Below are positions 1 to 23,006 of a DNA stretch of 64,000 nt, one piece after another. The notes under the pieces are model-generated. The model was not told the DNA's origin and ran no database searches. It saw only the letters and a list, made by a program, of their open reading frames with translations. Both the position numbers and the translations under genes were made by a program. Location of the stretch: the NCBI GenBank assembly GCA_030248215.1, contig JASANG010000266.1, positions 248,001 to 312,000 on the forward strand. The letters are read 5' to 3'. Within the stretch, counting starts at the first letter, position 1; every line of letters begins with the position of its first letter. The DNA comes from Enoplolaimus lenunculus (taxonomy: Eukaryota).

Positions 1-126
1 TTTTATCTTGTACTGCATTCTGTTCGTTCTAGTTGCGCAAACTTGACAAATCATTTATTAACAAGACATCGTGTATATTGTAGATAGAGCTAGTAATGCA
101 TTGTTTGTTATTACAACTGCTTACAG

Positions 127-785
127 GATATCGGTGAAGACTCTGAGGCAATCGTTAAAGAATATAACAAGAAGATTGCGACAATTCGCAAAGGTTTGTA
201 TAGTCTAGGTTGGCTGTTTTTCGTTTTGTCCGTGACGCTTCAAGGAAAAATGTGTAGATGTGGTGCTTTCGGCTTTTTGTCTAAATTGCGTATATGGCAG
301 ACTGGATTTATGGTTTGCTTTTTTGTAATTAATTTTATGACTGACTGTTGCTTTTTTCGCAAAGTTTTGTAGCTTTCTAGAGTTGGAACTAGCTATTATG
401 GATCGTGACACGATGAAAAAACAGTCCGATGCTCTAAAAGCTGAATACGATAGATTGGCTGAAAATTATGCCAAACTTGAAAAGGTATCTCTTAGGCATT
501 TTTTCAAACGTTTTAATGTGTTTATTAACAGATTGCTTACTGGCCATGCAAACAAAAGTAACAAAAAACAACAGTAAATTGCATCTTTAGGTGAATGTAT
601 AATATGGGCCATACTAGCATAGTAAAACATTATTCTTTATGTCGCCCGTATTACTACATACATGCCATCATGTACTAGCCTTTTAATTGATGGCTTGAGC
701 AGTTGTGATTTAAGAGAAATTTTGCACTCCATAACTATTTCAAAACTTCTTGTTTCAGCGCTCTTCGGACAAAAAGGATGATTGA
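127..785 (+). CDS. BCAP31: BAP31/BAP29 family ER membrane protein, last three coding exons (127-193, 381-484, 759-785); gene starts before the window
   Basis: Phase-consistent GT-AG splicing gives DIGEDSEAIVKEYNKKIATIRKELELAIMDRDTMKKQSDALKAEYDRLAENYAKLEKRSSDKKDD*. This has the M-K-K-Q-S-x-x-L-x-x-E-Y-D-R-L coiled-coil motif of BAP31/BAP29 and a C-terminal KKxx ER-retrieval signal. Confidence 0.9.
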
Positions 786-2941
786 TTATAATTTATGGGT
801 TACAGAGCACAAAATGAAATTTTGCGAACACGATTTGAAATGAATTGAATTTTTGTTTAGTTTTGTTAACTGTAGTAATGTTTGTAATTGTTTTGATTTT
901 ACTCATAAATACTGAGTTGGACACATCGTAATTTAGATTTTCAAACTATATAGTATTTTTAAGCAGATAGCCGCAAACAGAAACTGAAACCGCGTCACAG
1001 AGTAACTTGTTTGCTGTTGAATTGACGCAATTTTACTGGTTAATGGCTGGCATCGTAATAAGACGTAATTATATCCGTCATTTTTCACTCAAATTGTTGG
1101 ACTCCTTACCCTTTGACGTTGATTTATAAAATTTATTTTGTTAATTTTGGAACATGTTAAAACAATAATTTTTCCTAATTTTGTTCTCATTAATCATTGT
1201 CAGTCTTTTATAATGAATTTCAGTCATGGTTTTTTTGTACTAACAATACGTAATTATTGATGTTAATTAAATTTAATAGTAAAGGTAAATTCTATTGGTT
1301 GATGCCTGCCAGTCATGTTAATGAAAAAATTTGTTGCTTGGTCGACATATTAACGAGAACTTAGATAGCGGCAGTATTGCAGGCGACTAATTTAAAAACA
1401 ATTTTAGGGCGTGTAAAACATACTAATTGCTCAAATTCGCCGTTCAAACGAGATCAGTATGATTTTTGTTCGTTTATGAATTTAGGTAAACAGTTATTGA
1501 TTTTATCACTTTTTTACTTTTCTAAGCATTTTGTATTAAAGACGTAGCAAAGTTCGGTCCATGTATAAATGAGGGCCGAATCATTTTCCGTGGGAGTTAA
1601 GTTTAAGCTTTAGATTGTTTTTCCTAGGCTTCGGCATAACGTGCGAATGCAGGTTCATGTATAGATTAGGGGCTAGATCATTTTCTTCGTATGCCTGCTA
1701 TGGAGTAAGCCTAAGTTTTACTTTAGACTAACGTTTGCTTAGATTTACGCTCAGGGTTAGTGATGTGCGTATACTACTGCGATGGCTCTGATCTATACAT
1801 TGGTCGGAATATGCTTTATGCACAGTTAAGGTGCTCGTCTGTGCACTGGCACCATACGTAGCAAAAATAAATTTAGCATGTCATTTGAAACGGTATAGGA
1901 ATATTAATACACAAATCGGCTAAATTTGTATTTATATATTATACAGTAAAGTATTATTTTTATTTGCAACGTAAGGGCTGATAAAATTAAAAACATTTGG
2001 GTATCGCCCTTGATGAATTACTACTTTCGAATTTAATTATTTTAATGCATTAATAAAGCTATGACAGCCGACGAGTGCGCTCAGGGCCCAGGCTGCGCGT
2101 CACGAGACCCCTTCTTGTGTGGCCACCATAAGACATTCATTATTAACTTCAATGAGATAGCCGAATGATTCATTAAGACCTATATGATCCACAGTGTGCC
2201 CTTGTTGTGCACCGAAACCCGTGTCGTTCGCAAATGCAGTATGCAAGAGAAAAATTCCAGTTAATTCTCAAACGCATCAGAAAGTTTTGGAATGGCCAGA
2301 ATTTAGCCTAATTTGATGCAAATATTACTTACCAAAACATTTGCTGGATCACTTAAAATGCGAGGCATGTCGAGAAATGTCAAAATAGAAATTTACTTAT
2401 TAGTTTGTCGCAATAGATTCAGCATCGGAAAAAGAACAATATAGCATCTTTGCTTTTGCTGTGCAAGAACAAACAGTTTTATTTATAGGATAATAAGTTA
2501 TCCGTTATTATTTCATCTTTACAAATCAGTAATTCAAGATTATTCATCGAATTCAACGAACTGCGCCAAAGTTCAAATTATCATTGAGTGTCGTTTCATA
2601 TGATCAGAATGAGTTAAATCTTAAAATGTTTCGTTTGCGAAAGCAGTTATTTGTTGAAAACCGGTTGTGTTTAGGCTCCCAACTGTAGTATAAAAGCGGG
2701 TCCGAAAGGGTTTGCGAAAATTAGTGTCCGATTTTCACTAAAGTCGATATTTTACATTTAAGTTTTGTAGTTTTGACTAATGTCCTAAGTGTAAGGTAAT
2801 ATCCAAGGGTCCATTAAAGTTTATGCTTTCCAAATTAGCCATAGTTGCTAGAAATCTAGTAATCTACATACGGTAAGTTAATACGCTCCTACATTCGTTT
2901 CATTGTAACAGCCCAAACTATGTCAGGTATTTGCTGAGTTT

Positions 2942-11422
<8,481 letters not shown>

Positions 11423-13340
11423 TTTAAGTTGACCTTTTTTCAATAGTTCGACGTTCCAGTATTTTTATCGAGTAAACGAAATTTCCGCAAATGAAGTCTT
11501 CGAAGAGTTCGTTGTATCTCCTAGAATACAAATTACTTTTCAATGTCTATTTTAAACATCATCTCACTCGTATGTGCAGTACAAAATCTTAAACAAAACG
11601 CGACGCATTGCCGAGCGGTGATGATAACGCTTACGATTCGAAAATCAGCGGTTCAAAACAAGCTCGAAATTTAGATTTCACGTGAAACAAAAAATATTTG
11701 TGCGAGAAATGGTAATGATAAATAAAAAAGTTACAAGTATTTTTAGTAAAGACCCCATTTATAACCGAAATTTTTGCACAAAAATTATTTAACTTTAATG
11801 TGACGACAACTATTCAAATTGTGATATGAAAAACACATTGAGTATTCCCCAAAGCATGCTTAACCTTAGGCCAAGGCTTAGGAATATGTTCATCCTAGGC
11901 TAATGGTATGACCTTAAAACTAAGATAGGCCAATTATTTCATTCGGTGACAGAAAAGGTTAAGTAAGTCGTGTCAAAAATTGATCCGTAAACAGAAGAAG
12001 CTGAAGCAATTGCGTTTTATATATAGTGTCCTGCTCAATGTAGCCAGGCCGACTATTCGCTCTAACGTTGCATGCAGTAATTTGTATGCTCGACTTTTTC
12101 AATATTAGGATGAACCATTTTTACAGCAGAAACGAAATAATTTAGGTGAAATAATTTACTCGCAAATGTTACACATTTCCGTATTAATATTAAATCCTGC
12201 GTATAGAAATATCTACATACACACACGCATATAGATACATATATAAATATATATATGTATATATATATTAATGATATTGGAAAACGACTAAACGTAACGG
12301 AAAAGCTGGTCTAACAATCTTGATATTTACATTTACTAAACCAGTAACCGTTTTTGTCATTTTCACAAAGAACCATGTCGCAAATAGGAAATGTCCCCTT
12401 CGATGTGGAATACCAACTCACGCTCGTGGTATAATCTATGCAATACAATCATTTGAGTTTTTTGTTGAAAGCTTATCATTTACAAGCTAAACCGTACGAA
12501 ATGTTAAAAATTACAAATTCACATTTTGCTGTAGATTGTTCTGGTTGAAGAAACGTATTTTCAAGAATGATAATTGATATTCGACATATAAGAATTTTGA
12601 ACGATGTTTCGTTTACGGTAGTTGTTTTTAATTCTCTCTCAACAAACCTCTTGTAACCCCCCGAAAGATGAACTGGATAAAGTAAGGTAGGCAAAGGCTA
12701 CGAAATAAAAAGTATAGAAAAAAGTCCTAGTACGAATCGGGACGTTATCCTCATAAAATTAATGCTAAAGCTGTAGGGTGCAAAGGAAAAATTATATACC
12801 TGTTGTAGCACTGTCAAACGGACTGCACTTTGATGTAAATTTTGATGTTTTCGCAACTGTTCAAAATTAATGCCAAACTTTTACTTACGTGATGTAGAGA
12901 ACATGTCAAATATTGCGCAAAGACATCGATTCCATTCGAGTATTTCTGTCTTAAATAAATTCACTAAACTAAATTTAGAACACTATATTATTAATATTGT
13001 CGAAATAACTAGCGGTTAGTCCTGAAATTAACTTCGAAATACATATTTGTTATCTGTTCACTCTAAAATGGTTTCAAATTTAGTAAATTGCAGATACAAT
13101 AGTTGTTGCAGTGCATTTGGTTGCTGATCTGCCGCCTCAATTTTAAGAAGTTCAACCGTAAAGGAAAAATAACGATAACCCAACAAGAGGCAATTTTGAA
13201 ATTTCTCTAATTTGCTTATCATGTCAATCATTACCTTGCTTTTACTGACCTTAATACATATATAATTACTTTTGTGCAGGTTAGATTGATCCAGAGAGCA
13301 GCATAGAACCATATACGGCTCTATGCATTCCCAGTCCGTG

Positions 13341-13732
13341 TACTGTGAGCCGAATAAAAGGGGGACTAATATTTATTTGGCCTCTCCAGAAGTCAGCCCA
13401 ATGTTGTTCGATTACTGACAGTTATTTATTTTTAACCCGCCATATATATTCGGTATTGCAACTGTCCGTTGAATTAAATTTTCATTTGTCTTGTATTAAA
13501 ACTTTGAGCGATAATGCAAGGTTATACTTAAGAATGACTTTCAAAACTATCTATATGCTTTAACGTTTCGAACTCAACTATATTTTTAGAATAAGTGACA
13601 TTTGTGAACTATAATTAGGGTCTAGCGACTATATCCGCTTACGGGCTCTTATTAGAGATACGTACTCCTATCGATTTGGACTAAAATGGGGACCCCGTCT
13701 TGTTACCCCCTCTCATTCAGGTCACTACAGTA
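13341..13732. mobile_element. TA-flanked MITE with CTGTAGTGACCTGAA-type terminal inverted repeats
   Basis: Termini TACTGTGAGCCGAATAA...TTCAGGTCACTACAGTA; colinear with the copy at 54765-55214. Confidence 0.8.
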
Positions 13733-16700
13733 GCAATCATTGCGAATGTTTTCGCAGAAAGCCTAGTCCTTTTCTTAAAACATTGGCAAAACTTTAATAA
13801 CGGTCATATTAAATGCAATTTCGCAGTACAGACAGTAAATTAATTGCTCGGGTGTAACCGAACGCTGTTAACCTTGAAACTAAAACAAACACAATAATCG
13901 TGTATATTTATGATAAAATGCCTAATTTAGCGTTTTATTACAGTTTCCGATAAGATTGCACACCTGGTACATTCATATTTCTCTGCCTTCTGCGCGCAGA
14001 ATAATTGATTGCAATCAATTTAAAATTTAAAAAAATAATAAAACAAACACTTGGGTCAAATGTGGTTCCACATCGTTCTTTGCTATTCGTTTGAGAATAC
14101 AAATCAGTGCGTATAGATACAGAGCAAAGGATAAAGGAAAATATATCGGCACCGGAAACTTCTGCAGAGTAACAAGGTATAGATTTCGAACAGGCTTTAA
14201 AATAACCGTTTGGATTCAGGATATAAAAATTGTCTCGAACACTGCTATACCCCCCGGACTGCAATTTTGACTACGCCCCTGATACGGTTGATTTGCCAGT
14301 TTCCAAATATTGCGCCCCTATAATTCGTATAGTATAGCGGAAACTTCCGGCTAAACCGCACCAATAAAACGCAGGGTTCTCAGTCAGAAAGTTGTAGAAT
14401 TTCGCTTTTTCTTCAACACCATTAATCAAAAAGCACTTTCTGTAACGACTAGCATGTATACTGCATAGGCTATTTATGGGCATTGCCATAGTCAAACTAT
14501 AAAAGTCGTAATGCTTGTTTCAATAAATACTTTCAAATTCGGCCAGATTAAAGCTGTATAGAGAACACAGAATATATGCTATACTTCAAATTTCTATAAT
14601 TCCCTGCTCTTCACGTTTACATAATCAGAGCGAAATATATTATAACTAAGGATTATGATTAACGAGACTTTTGGGATCAGCAAATCTGGTAGTATACTGT
14701 ATGGATGCTTAAACCGAAACATACGGCAATTGGCATTTTAAAGCAGCTTTGAATCTTTGTCGGTATTATCAAATGTATACAAATTGGCAAAACCTTGTAT
14801 AGAAACCAGTGAACGATTGTGTTATAGAAATTGAGCATATTTTTTGCAGTTTAGTTAACACAACTTCCGCGTAGACGTTTAAAACAGCATAAAAGTCGCA
14901 TTTGGCTTGCTTTAAAAACTATTGCTAGTTACCAGTAAAGTGAGTGTTACACAACTGCGAGAATACGGCAATCTTGTCAAACCAAACCGAAGTACAACCA
15001 CAGATAATGTAGGTAGAAGTGAAAAAGGTGTCAAAGATTTGAGTTTTGGTTTCTTGCAATATAACTGGGGCAAAATTACGAATTCTTCAATGCGATTGAT
15101 GGGTTTATAACCATAAGATACATGACAAATATCATTTCTTCACAAATAAAGAGACCTAACCTGGATTATATTCAACAAACCATAGTCAATTAGTTTTGCA
15201 CTAATGCTGGTTTATATCACTTCATTTTACACCCTATATATAAACAAGCCTATATATAACATATATACATATATAACAATCGGTCAAAATTTTTCCAAGC
15301 AAACACAGTTGTTGAGCGATAACAAACAACAAAACAACTAAATAACTCTTAAAATGGCAGTGTCTGGCCGTCAAATCTGTAAATAAATCAGCGACGTTGA
15401 GATGTTTTGCTAATAACAGGCGGGATTTTTTCTGATCACAACAACTTGGGTGTTCCATTAATTTGTTGTTTTAGCCGAACCCAAATAGAAAAATGATACT
15501 GAAAAGGAGTGCAGTACATACTGGCATAAAGCCGCTCCTAATTCGATTTGATGCGTGCCAAGCGCGCATAATTAAAGAGCACTTGGAAACTCTACATTGA
15601 TTTTGTTCTATTCCATGTCCAAACGTTATCAATCAAAAATGTTTGCAAGTTTTATCTTCGTAGTTAACTTTGTGGCAATTAAGTTTCCTAAAAGCTGATG
15701 TTTGTGTTGAAATTTTCACTCCACAAAATGTATATGGATTTGATGTGACAAAAACAACTCGAGTTAAACGGCTTCACAGCGCACACATTCTTTTCTGGTT
15801 CGTCTCAACAAAGCTGAATTATTACCACCTAAAACAAAAATTTAGCCGTTGGTCATCAGCGACGAGCAAAGTTCGCCTCACAAAATTTTTGAAATAAACA
15901 TTTTCATATCAGTCTTTACTTTTAATTATTTTCATCCGATCAGGGAGCGACCGGACACCAAAAAATGAAGGAGCCGGATAATCTAATATCCGGCCGGAGC
16001 CGGATAGTGAATTCAAATGTAATACTAGATTGCATTCAAATATCAGAACGTAAAAAAAGAATTCTTCCTTATACGTTGTGTTCAGTTGCATTATTTGTTT
16101 GGCCCATGTTTACTTTTAAGGGCGTCACGTTTTTGGCTCTAAGGGCATTCTGTTTTCAGTTTTAGTTCGTTATAGGGTCAAAAATAAATAAAAGTCGAAT
16201 TATGTATATTGTTTTTATCAAAAAAATTATTTTTCAAAGAAATTTTCACTTTTTTCCATTTTTGGTTTTTCGTGTGTTACGAGTTTAATTTGTTCTTAAC
16301 GGAAATTATCAGGTGTATAGTGTGAGTTGCTTAGTGCGGTGGCTTTGGGGGTAACAGCCGCAAATCGTGCTTAGCTTGCCTTTATAAAAGCGGGGATTCA
16401 GAAGGCGGCAGCCCACTGAAAGGCTTATAAATAAAACATTGCTTTTGTACATAATTAAACAAATATACCTGAAACTTGGGTGACGGTATTTTCTGTAGGG
16501 TGAATTGATTGTGGAAAAACTACGCCAATGTGTTTATCTCGTGAAGCCGCGTCGATTGATATATCATATGGCCATCTTTTTAAATAAAATTTTCAAATAT
16601 AAGGACGAACCTTTATAAATTTTAAAAATTACAATTTGTTTCGTAAAAGTTTAACCCATTTTTTGATTTTTATCAATTTTTAACCTTCGTTGCAAATATT

Positions 16701-18060
16701 ATATATATGCACAAAAAATTTAGTTCTACATGTACCATAAACTTACGTAGCTGAAACCCGAATGCGCTTTTGAAAATATTTCAGCTGGTACAAGTATACA
16801 AATTCGTTTTAATTCTTTTGATTAAGTGCGAATCACGGGACATCCGCAAACTACATCTTGTATAATTCCTGTAGACGCTAAGCTTTTTAGTTTGTTATTT
16901 TAGTCGCTTCCAAGAAAATTCACTTAAACGTCTTATATACGCGTAAATTTACAACTACAAGCGTGTTAGATCAACTTTTGTAATGCCCAGTGTTGTAAAA
17001 AACAACTCCTGTAAATTTGATAGTGTAACAATTTTTGTAGCAGAAATTTTATGCTCCAGCTCAAGTGCGAACCTTCCGTCGTATGTTGTTGTTTGCTACT
17101 ACAAGTTTAATAACAAATTAACAAAGTTTGCCCATGTTTAAGACAAATTTAAATGTTTTTGAAAAAATTTGTGTAGCAAAATTTTTGATAAAGGTAACAA
17201 AAGCATAGTCCTTGCCATTCGTCGAGGGACGGGATAAAACTTGTAACAATGAGTGAAAATTTATGTTGAAATAATCGTTCAAGTGTACGAAGGAGTGCCA
17301 CCAGGATTCTATAGCGCGTACTATAATTACGTCATTATATAAATTTTGGCCTATGTAAAAGTTTAGGGGCGGAACGTGTTTCTGCGGGACGGCAAGGAAT
17401 GTGCTTATAGTAATGTCACGGCCCTGTTCTATACATTGGCCTAATATAGTTTGTGCCCACTTCTTGATTATTTCCGTGACATACGTTCTAGGTACTAGCT
17501 CCTTACATTTTAACTTCAATCGGTACCTCAGAGGTCAACGGTCTGTTTCCGTTTTTATTAAAACTAAAAAAATCTCACGGCAAACCAACTTAGTTGTATT
17601 AATGCATATAGAATTCGAAAGAGGAAAATAGCTATTCCGCTTGCATTCTGAGATAAACCTCTAACGAAACATTGTGAGTGATAAAGACGGTGACTCCTGT
17701 AATTTAAAACACAAATCAATGCATCATCCACTTTATCTTGTGCCCGCTGTGTGGAAATTTGCGACGCCAATTTCCAACTACGGATTTTACAAATCATATT
17801 ACTTGGAAATTGGCTTTTAGCGTTGCAAATGTCCACACAGCGGGCACAAGATACAGTAGATGATGCATAAAATCCGAAAGCCTGTATCAACAAAATTAAT
17901 GTTCAGCTGGCAGGCTATACACTATAACTCTTGCTCAAGATTAAAATCGCCTAACAAATAAGAACTCAAAGCTTTATTTGAAATTGCTCTTACTCGTGCT
18001 TAGCTGCTCATATACAAAAGTTGTAAGTACGAAAGTTTTTAAATCTTTACACCTTCGTAT

Positions 18061-18224
18061 GCAGGGCCGGAGCAGCCACCCCCCATACCTCTAATTTTGG
18101 GGGGACGCACCCCTGAAGTTGCCCTCACCCTAACCGGTTAAAACTAAAACCGCCGAAGTTTTAAAATGCGATTGGCTTCTCGCTCGCGAGTTTGCCCCCC
18201 CGCTCCTGTCTGCTTCGGCACTGC
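18061..18224. mobile_element. Short MITE (CAGGGCCGGAGCAG... termini)
   Basis: Terminal inverted repeats; an inverted homolog at ~62635-62782 shares the AAAACCGCCGAAGTTTTAAAATGCG core, and a similar core is at ~9950-10075. Confidence 0.65.
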
Positions 18225-18449
18225 TTGTATGTAAACACAGTTTGCAAGCAAGTGCGAAAAAATGAACTTGAACAAATTATTGATTTTTTTATAATTACTT
18301 CTATTCTAGAGTGGCTCGTGCGAATTCGTGACGTCATTCATGCTAAAGCTAATGTTTCTGCTAGTAGCGAATCAAGAAATTTCTGACCGGAGCATGCGTG
18401 ATGTATAATTGTGAATAAGTTTGTTACTGAAGCGACCGCGAACGCCAAA

Positions 18450-18614
18450 CCGGGACTGTACTCCGCTCACCTTGCTAGGAGGGATGAACATTTTTCAGGA
18501 GGGGCATACAAGGATTTTCGGTGACTAACAAGCAAGGTTGAAAATTGCCTAGGAGGAACCAAAATTCTTCCAGGGGAGCTAAGCCTCACCATGGCCCCGT
18601 CGGCTACGGACCCG
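18450..18614 (+). mobile_element. MITE family with CAGGCCCGTAGCC-type termini
   Basis: Shared core GCTCACCTTGCTAGGAGG...TTTTCAGGAGGGGCATA...ACAAGCAAGGTTGAAAATT is also found at ~23470-23580 (-), 32693-32861 (+), 36099-36246 (-) and ~41816-41940 (+). Confidence 0.75.
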
Positions 18615-19834
18615 CGCCATACCAGGTATACTACTAAGACTTAATGCAAAATTGATGCTTAGATCACTCTTGTTTCTCTATGGCCTGGCTGGCGACCCTT
18701 GGATATGTCAGCCAATGATTTCTGTATAGACTTAAGGTTGAATAGTAGCAGCAAAACCGTATTAAATACTTAGACAAATTGTTTTGCAGAAAGAAAAGCA
18801 ACGCCTAAGCACAGATGTGAAGCAAAAACACAACCACATCTTATTTTGCTATGTTTACTATCATCGAAAAATGAGCTCTTACTTTAATACTGCAAAATTA
18901 GTAAAAAGTGAATATTGCATAATTTTTTATAATTAAAGCAACTGACTTGAATTTTTTCTACTAATTAGCTCATGTGTTCATTAATTTTTCAGCGAGACAT
19001 TGTGTGTGTGACTATCTAGGTCATAGCTGTCTTTACGTATTATACTTACCGCAAATTTTCGCTAGCTTTCAGATGATAGTGGTTTATAATGAATAAATTG
19101 ACCAAACAAGACAAATTCCATTGAAGACCCAGAAGCGAGCTGTGTGTAGCACCTGTCGCCAGTTAGTAATTGGACGCCAAACAATCATACAATCACACAG
19201 ATGCGTACCTCAAACTCTACTCACAAATACTACAAACCAAATGCGAAGTCTTTGAACAAGCCGGAGTATCCAAGTAATTATTATACGATTGCTACACCCC
19301 TGTATATTCGCGTCCTGTATAGCATTTCAGATCGCAACACGGCGGACGTTTTGTTAAGTTTATATACATACTTGCGGATGTTACATGTAACTATAATAGC
19401 TTTGAAAATCGGCTGATCCAAAAATTTACAACGATTTTACGGGGGACACTTGCGAAAGCGACCTCTGCGTTGTATTTATGATCGTCTACAACAAAAAATA
19501 GCAGAATTCTATCGCTAAATATCAGAGTGAAGCTAAGTTACAAAATGATGACATATAATATTATTTACGTAAACTCGACAAACGAAGTTTAATACTTATA
19601 AGCAGTTTTTGTTTACGTGCAAATAAAGTGCTTAAAATTAAAATATTTAGCGAATGAGGAAGTTTTAATTTAATCTCGATTCTGTGCGGGCGCCACGCGC
19701 CACTGAATATCTTTTGTTTGAAAATGCGTCGTATGCATCGTATATATTAATATGTTCGTCCAAACTCGTATTCAAGTACGTCTGTTAACCCAATCTCACA
19801 TATATAGAGTTGACTTTGAGTAACTCGGCGCAAT

Positions 19835-20308
19835 CTATGAAGGCGAAATGATGCACCGTCTACAGTGTTTAACTATTATCACGCGAATCGCAGCACAAAA
19901 TCTCGACAAAATATGAGTCTCATCAGGCTCGAACGTTACGTGCCTATAGCTTGGTGGTGATGATAGATCTCTCAGATTCCGGTCTCCTTGGTTTGAATCC
20001 TTGCTTATAAAGTTAGAATTCCTATGAAATAGAAAATATTCATGTGAAAAATGGTTCAAAATTACCATCCGGTTCAGTAGATTTGACTTGAAAATGCATA
20101 TTTTTATTTTCTCTGTGTTAATAGATCCTGCTAAAATCTGAATTCCTCGGTATGCCACTAGTCAACATGCCAGTATAGCGTCAGTCCGCCGTACTTGTCT
20201 TGTGATTGAACGCAAAATATACCTGTGAATGTCTGGTCCACACATTGATTATTTTGTCTCAGTATACTTACTTGTCTATAAAAGGCAACACTTCGTTTGT
20301 AGATTCAA
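19835..20308 (-). CDS. Candidate last two exons (20308-20272, 20021-19835) of an unidentified small gene
   Basis: Good sites (TTCAG acceptor, AA|GTAAGT donor, TTTCATAG acceptor), phase 2 compatible, giving ESTNEVLPFIDKNSNFISKDSNQGDRNLRDLSSPPSYRHVTFEPDETHILSRFCAAIRVIIVKHCRRCIISPS*. No homology recognised. Confidence 0.35.
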
Positions 20309-20777
20309 CTGAACGAAAGATTGAACTTTTGAGTAATCCAAAGTGTCACGCGAAACGCACCAGTGAAACACTGTGCTTCTCTTTACAGCATTAATTGCCT
20401 TCAAGAGAATAATCGTGTTTGACTGCTTTTAATCGAATTCACCCGGCCACAAATTCACAAATATTGATAAATGTTGACGCCAATATATACAACAATGTAA
20501 ATTTTTAATTTAAATATATATTGTAAAATTGTTTCCGCAATAAATAGTTTGGGATCATAATTTCCTAATAATGTATATTGTCTTTACTAAGCACCAATAT
20601 GTAAAATTAGCGGTTCTGTAAATAAATCCATTCGTCCATAGGTGTTTAAAAACAGTTTCAATATTCATTGGGTAACCGTTATATGCTAATCGCCATTAAA
20701 ATTAACAAGTGAATTTTGAAGTCAAATCGATATTAAAACGACTACCAGCTTACCAATGGTACTGAGTAATAATCAAA

Positions 20778-21295
20778 GGCGGATGCAAAAATTTGTGACG
20801 GGGGGCGGCTGGCAAATGTTATCAAACGCAAAAATTGTACGGTAGACGAACCTTATCAAATTATCACCAAAAAATTTTCTGTGGTCGAAAAATTGTAAGG
20901 TAGGGACCTTACCATTTTATTACAAAAAATGCTGCGGGAAAAATTGCAAAAAATTGTAAGTTAGGGACCTTACCATTTTATTACAAAAAATGCTGCGGGA
21001 AAAATTGCAAAAAATTGTAAGGTAGGGACCTTACCATTTTATTACAAAAAATGCTGCGGGAAAAATTGCAAAAAATTGTAAGGTAGGGACCTTACCATTT
21101 TATTACAAAAAATGCTGCGGGAAAAATTGCAAAAAATTGTAAGGTAGGGACCTTACCATTTTATTAAAAAAAATGCTGCGGGAAAAATTGCAAAAAATTG
21201 TAAGGTAGGGACCTTACCTTACATTTTTAAAACAAACAATTTCTGATATGGGGGCGTACGCCCCACCCGCGCCTCCCCCCCCCCTGGATCCGCTA
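20778..21295. mobile_element. GGCGGATCCA-type MITE expanded by an internal minisatellite
   Basis: Left end GGCGGATGCA followed by a G-run; right end is a C-run then TGGATCCGCT. Same terminal design as 23007-23185. Confidence 0.65.
20888..21222. repeat. 61-bp tandem minisatellite, 5 near-identical units plus a partial one, each with a GTAAGGT-AGGG-ACCTTAC hairpin
   Basis: The motif shifts by exactly 1 nt per 60-nt line; units differ by at most 1 nt. Confidence 0.95.
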
Positions 21296-23006
21296 GCGCT
21301 GATAATTACACGTTCTCCTTTAAATTTGTATAAACCGAACAACTTCGTAACCTAGATTGATATCTAAAAACCTGAAATTTTACTTTGAATAAAAGAAAAA
21401 ATATTTAAAATCTAATATTTGCCCGAATTTTCCAGTGTACTTCGCACTGTACTAAAATAATAGCTTCACAAATCAAATAGTCATTTTACAAGCCAGTACA
21501 GCATGCGTAGTGACAGCTGTTGTAGCTACAAAAGCCATTCTACGTTTCGATGGATTGTGAAAAATATAGAAATATTGTTTGATTTTAAATTTCAATGTTT
21601 TGATTGTCCAAAAAAAGCTTTTCCAGTAAATATATACAAGGCGCCAGTGTTAAAGCGAACCAAAAACGTTTTGTTCGCTAGTATAAATACTATGAAAAAA
21701 TGTTGATCTCTGGACTTAAAATAAGAAAAATATATATTAAGAATTTAAAATATATAAAAGCGTCCATCGAGCTGACCACAAAAGAGAACGCTAATTGGAC
21801 AGTAAAAAAGCGCGAACCCTAAAAATAAAATTTTACTTATTATTTATTGAAAACATTGGCTGAATTCAAACCATTATTGAGACTTTCAGCTAAAGCCGAA
21901 GATACACAAAACTTTAGCAAAATCTCGACTGGAGTTTGAATACGACTTTGAAATCATGTCTTCGCAACCGAACTAATGTGTTACAATTATGAACATCGTT
22001 GTCGCTATATGGCTTGTTTTTAGAAAACTGCACACGTCACTTTTATCCACTAGGTATGATATCATATAATCACATACTTAATTTAGTGTTTTGCAAACGG
22101 TTAATTAATTATTATTCATATAAGATAAATTGCGAGCGAAGTAAAACGTTTATATATATATATCTTGAACGAAATTTGGGTACTAATTTAGATAAGTAGT
22201 AAATTATGGTGACGTTTGAAACAGTTTGAACCGGGCTGGACCGCGTTAATGGTTTGACAGTAAGTCCAATTAAACCAAAAACATAACTTAGTTCCATGCC
22301 GTCTCACGTGTTTGCAATGCAAGAAAAATCATTAATAGGTACTGGAGACATTTTAAAAGGCACCGCCGCTTTTACCGTCTAAAAATTTAGCCGAATTTAT
22401 TGATACTTTTTGAGTACAGAAGAAAACAGGAGAATATTTAATTGAATACATTGTACAAATTAGTACAAAAAGCGACCCTAAGCCTAAAGATAACCTTAAC
22501 CAAACGTCAGTCCATGAAAGGATAAGGTGCAGAACGCTTTTTCTGCGAGAGAGCAATTGAGTATGCTTTAGACTACTATATTTCGCTTAGGCTAGGCTTA
22601 GGGATAAAGCTATTCTTATGCTAAGGTTGGTCCTATGGTTTATGCTTAGGATTAGGCTAAATTTATACTACTGGAACCGCATTTTTATTATAAAACAGAA
22701 TACCCCACAACTAGGTTGCCCAAAAATACATCGAAAATTGATGGAATCTTTTTTTCAGCCACTATTATCTGGAGATAAATCTCAATGACAGTAGTATATT
22801 TAATACAATTGTTTTAAAACGTAAAGCGAAAAATTTTTGACTTTAACTGATAAAAAGGTCTCGAGATAACCGTATTGCAGGCATCTGGGACTAAATACAA
22901 TTGGCTGGCTGCACTTTAAGCTTTTCTCAATCATTTTGATACAAGAAACGTGTATATGTTTTAAATTTGCTATACTGTAGTACTCCAGATAAGATTAAGG
23001 AGAGGC

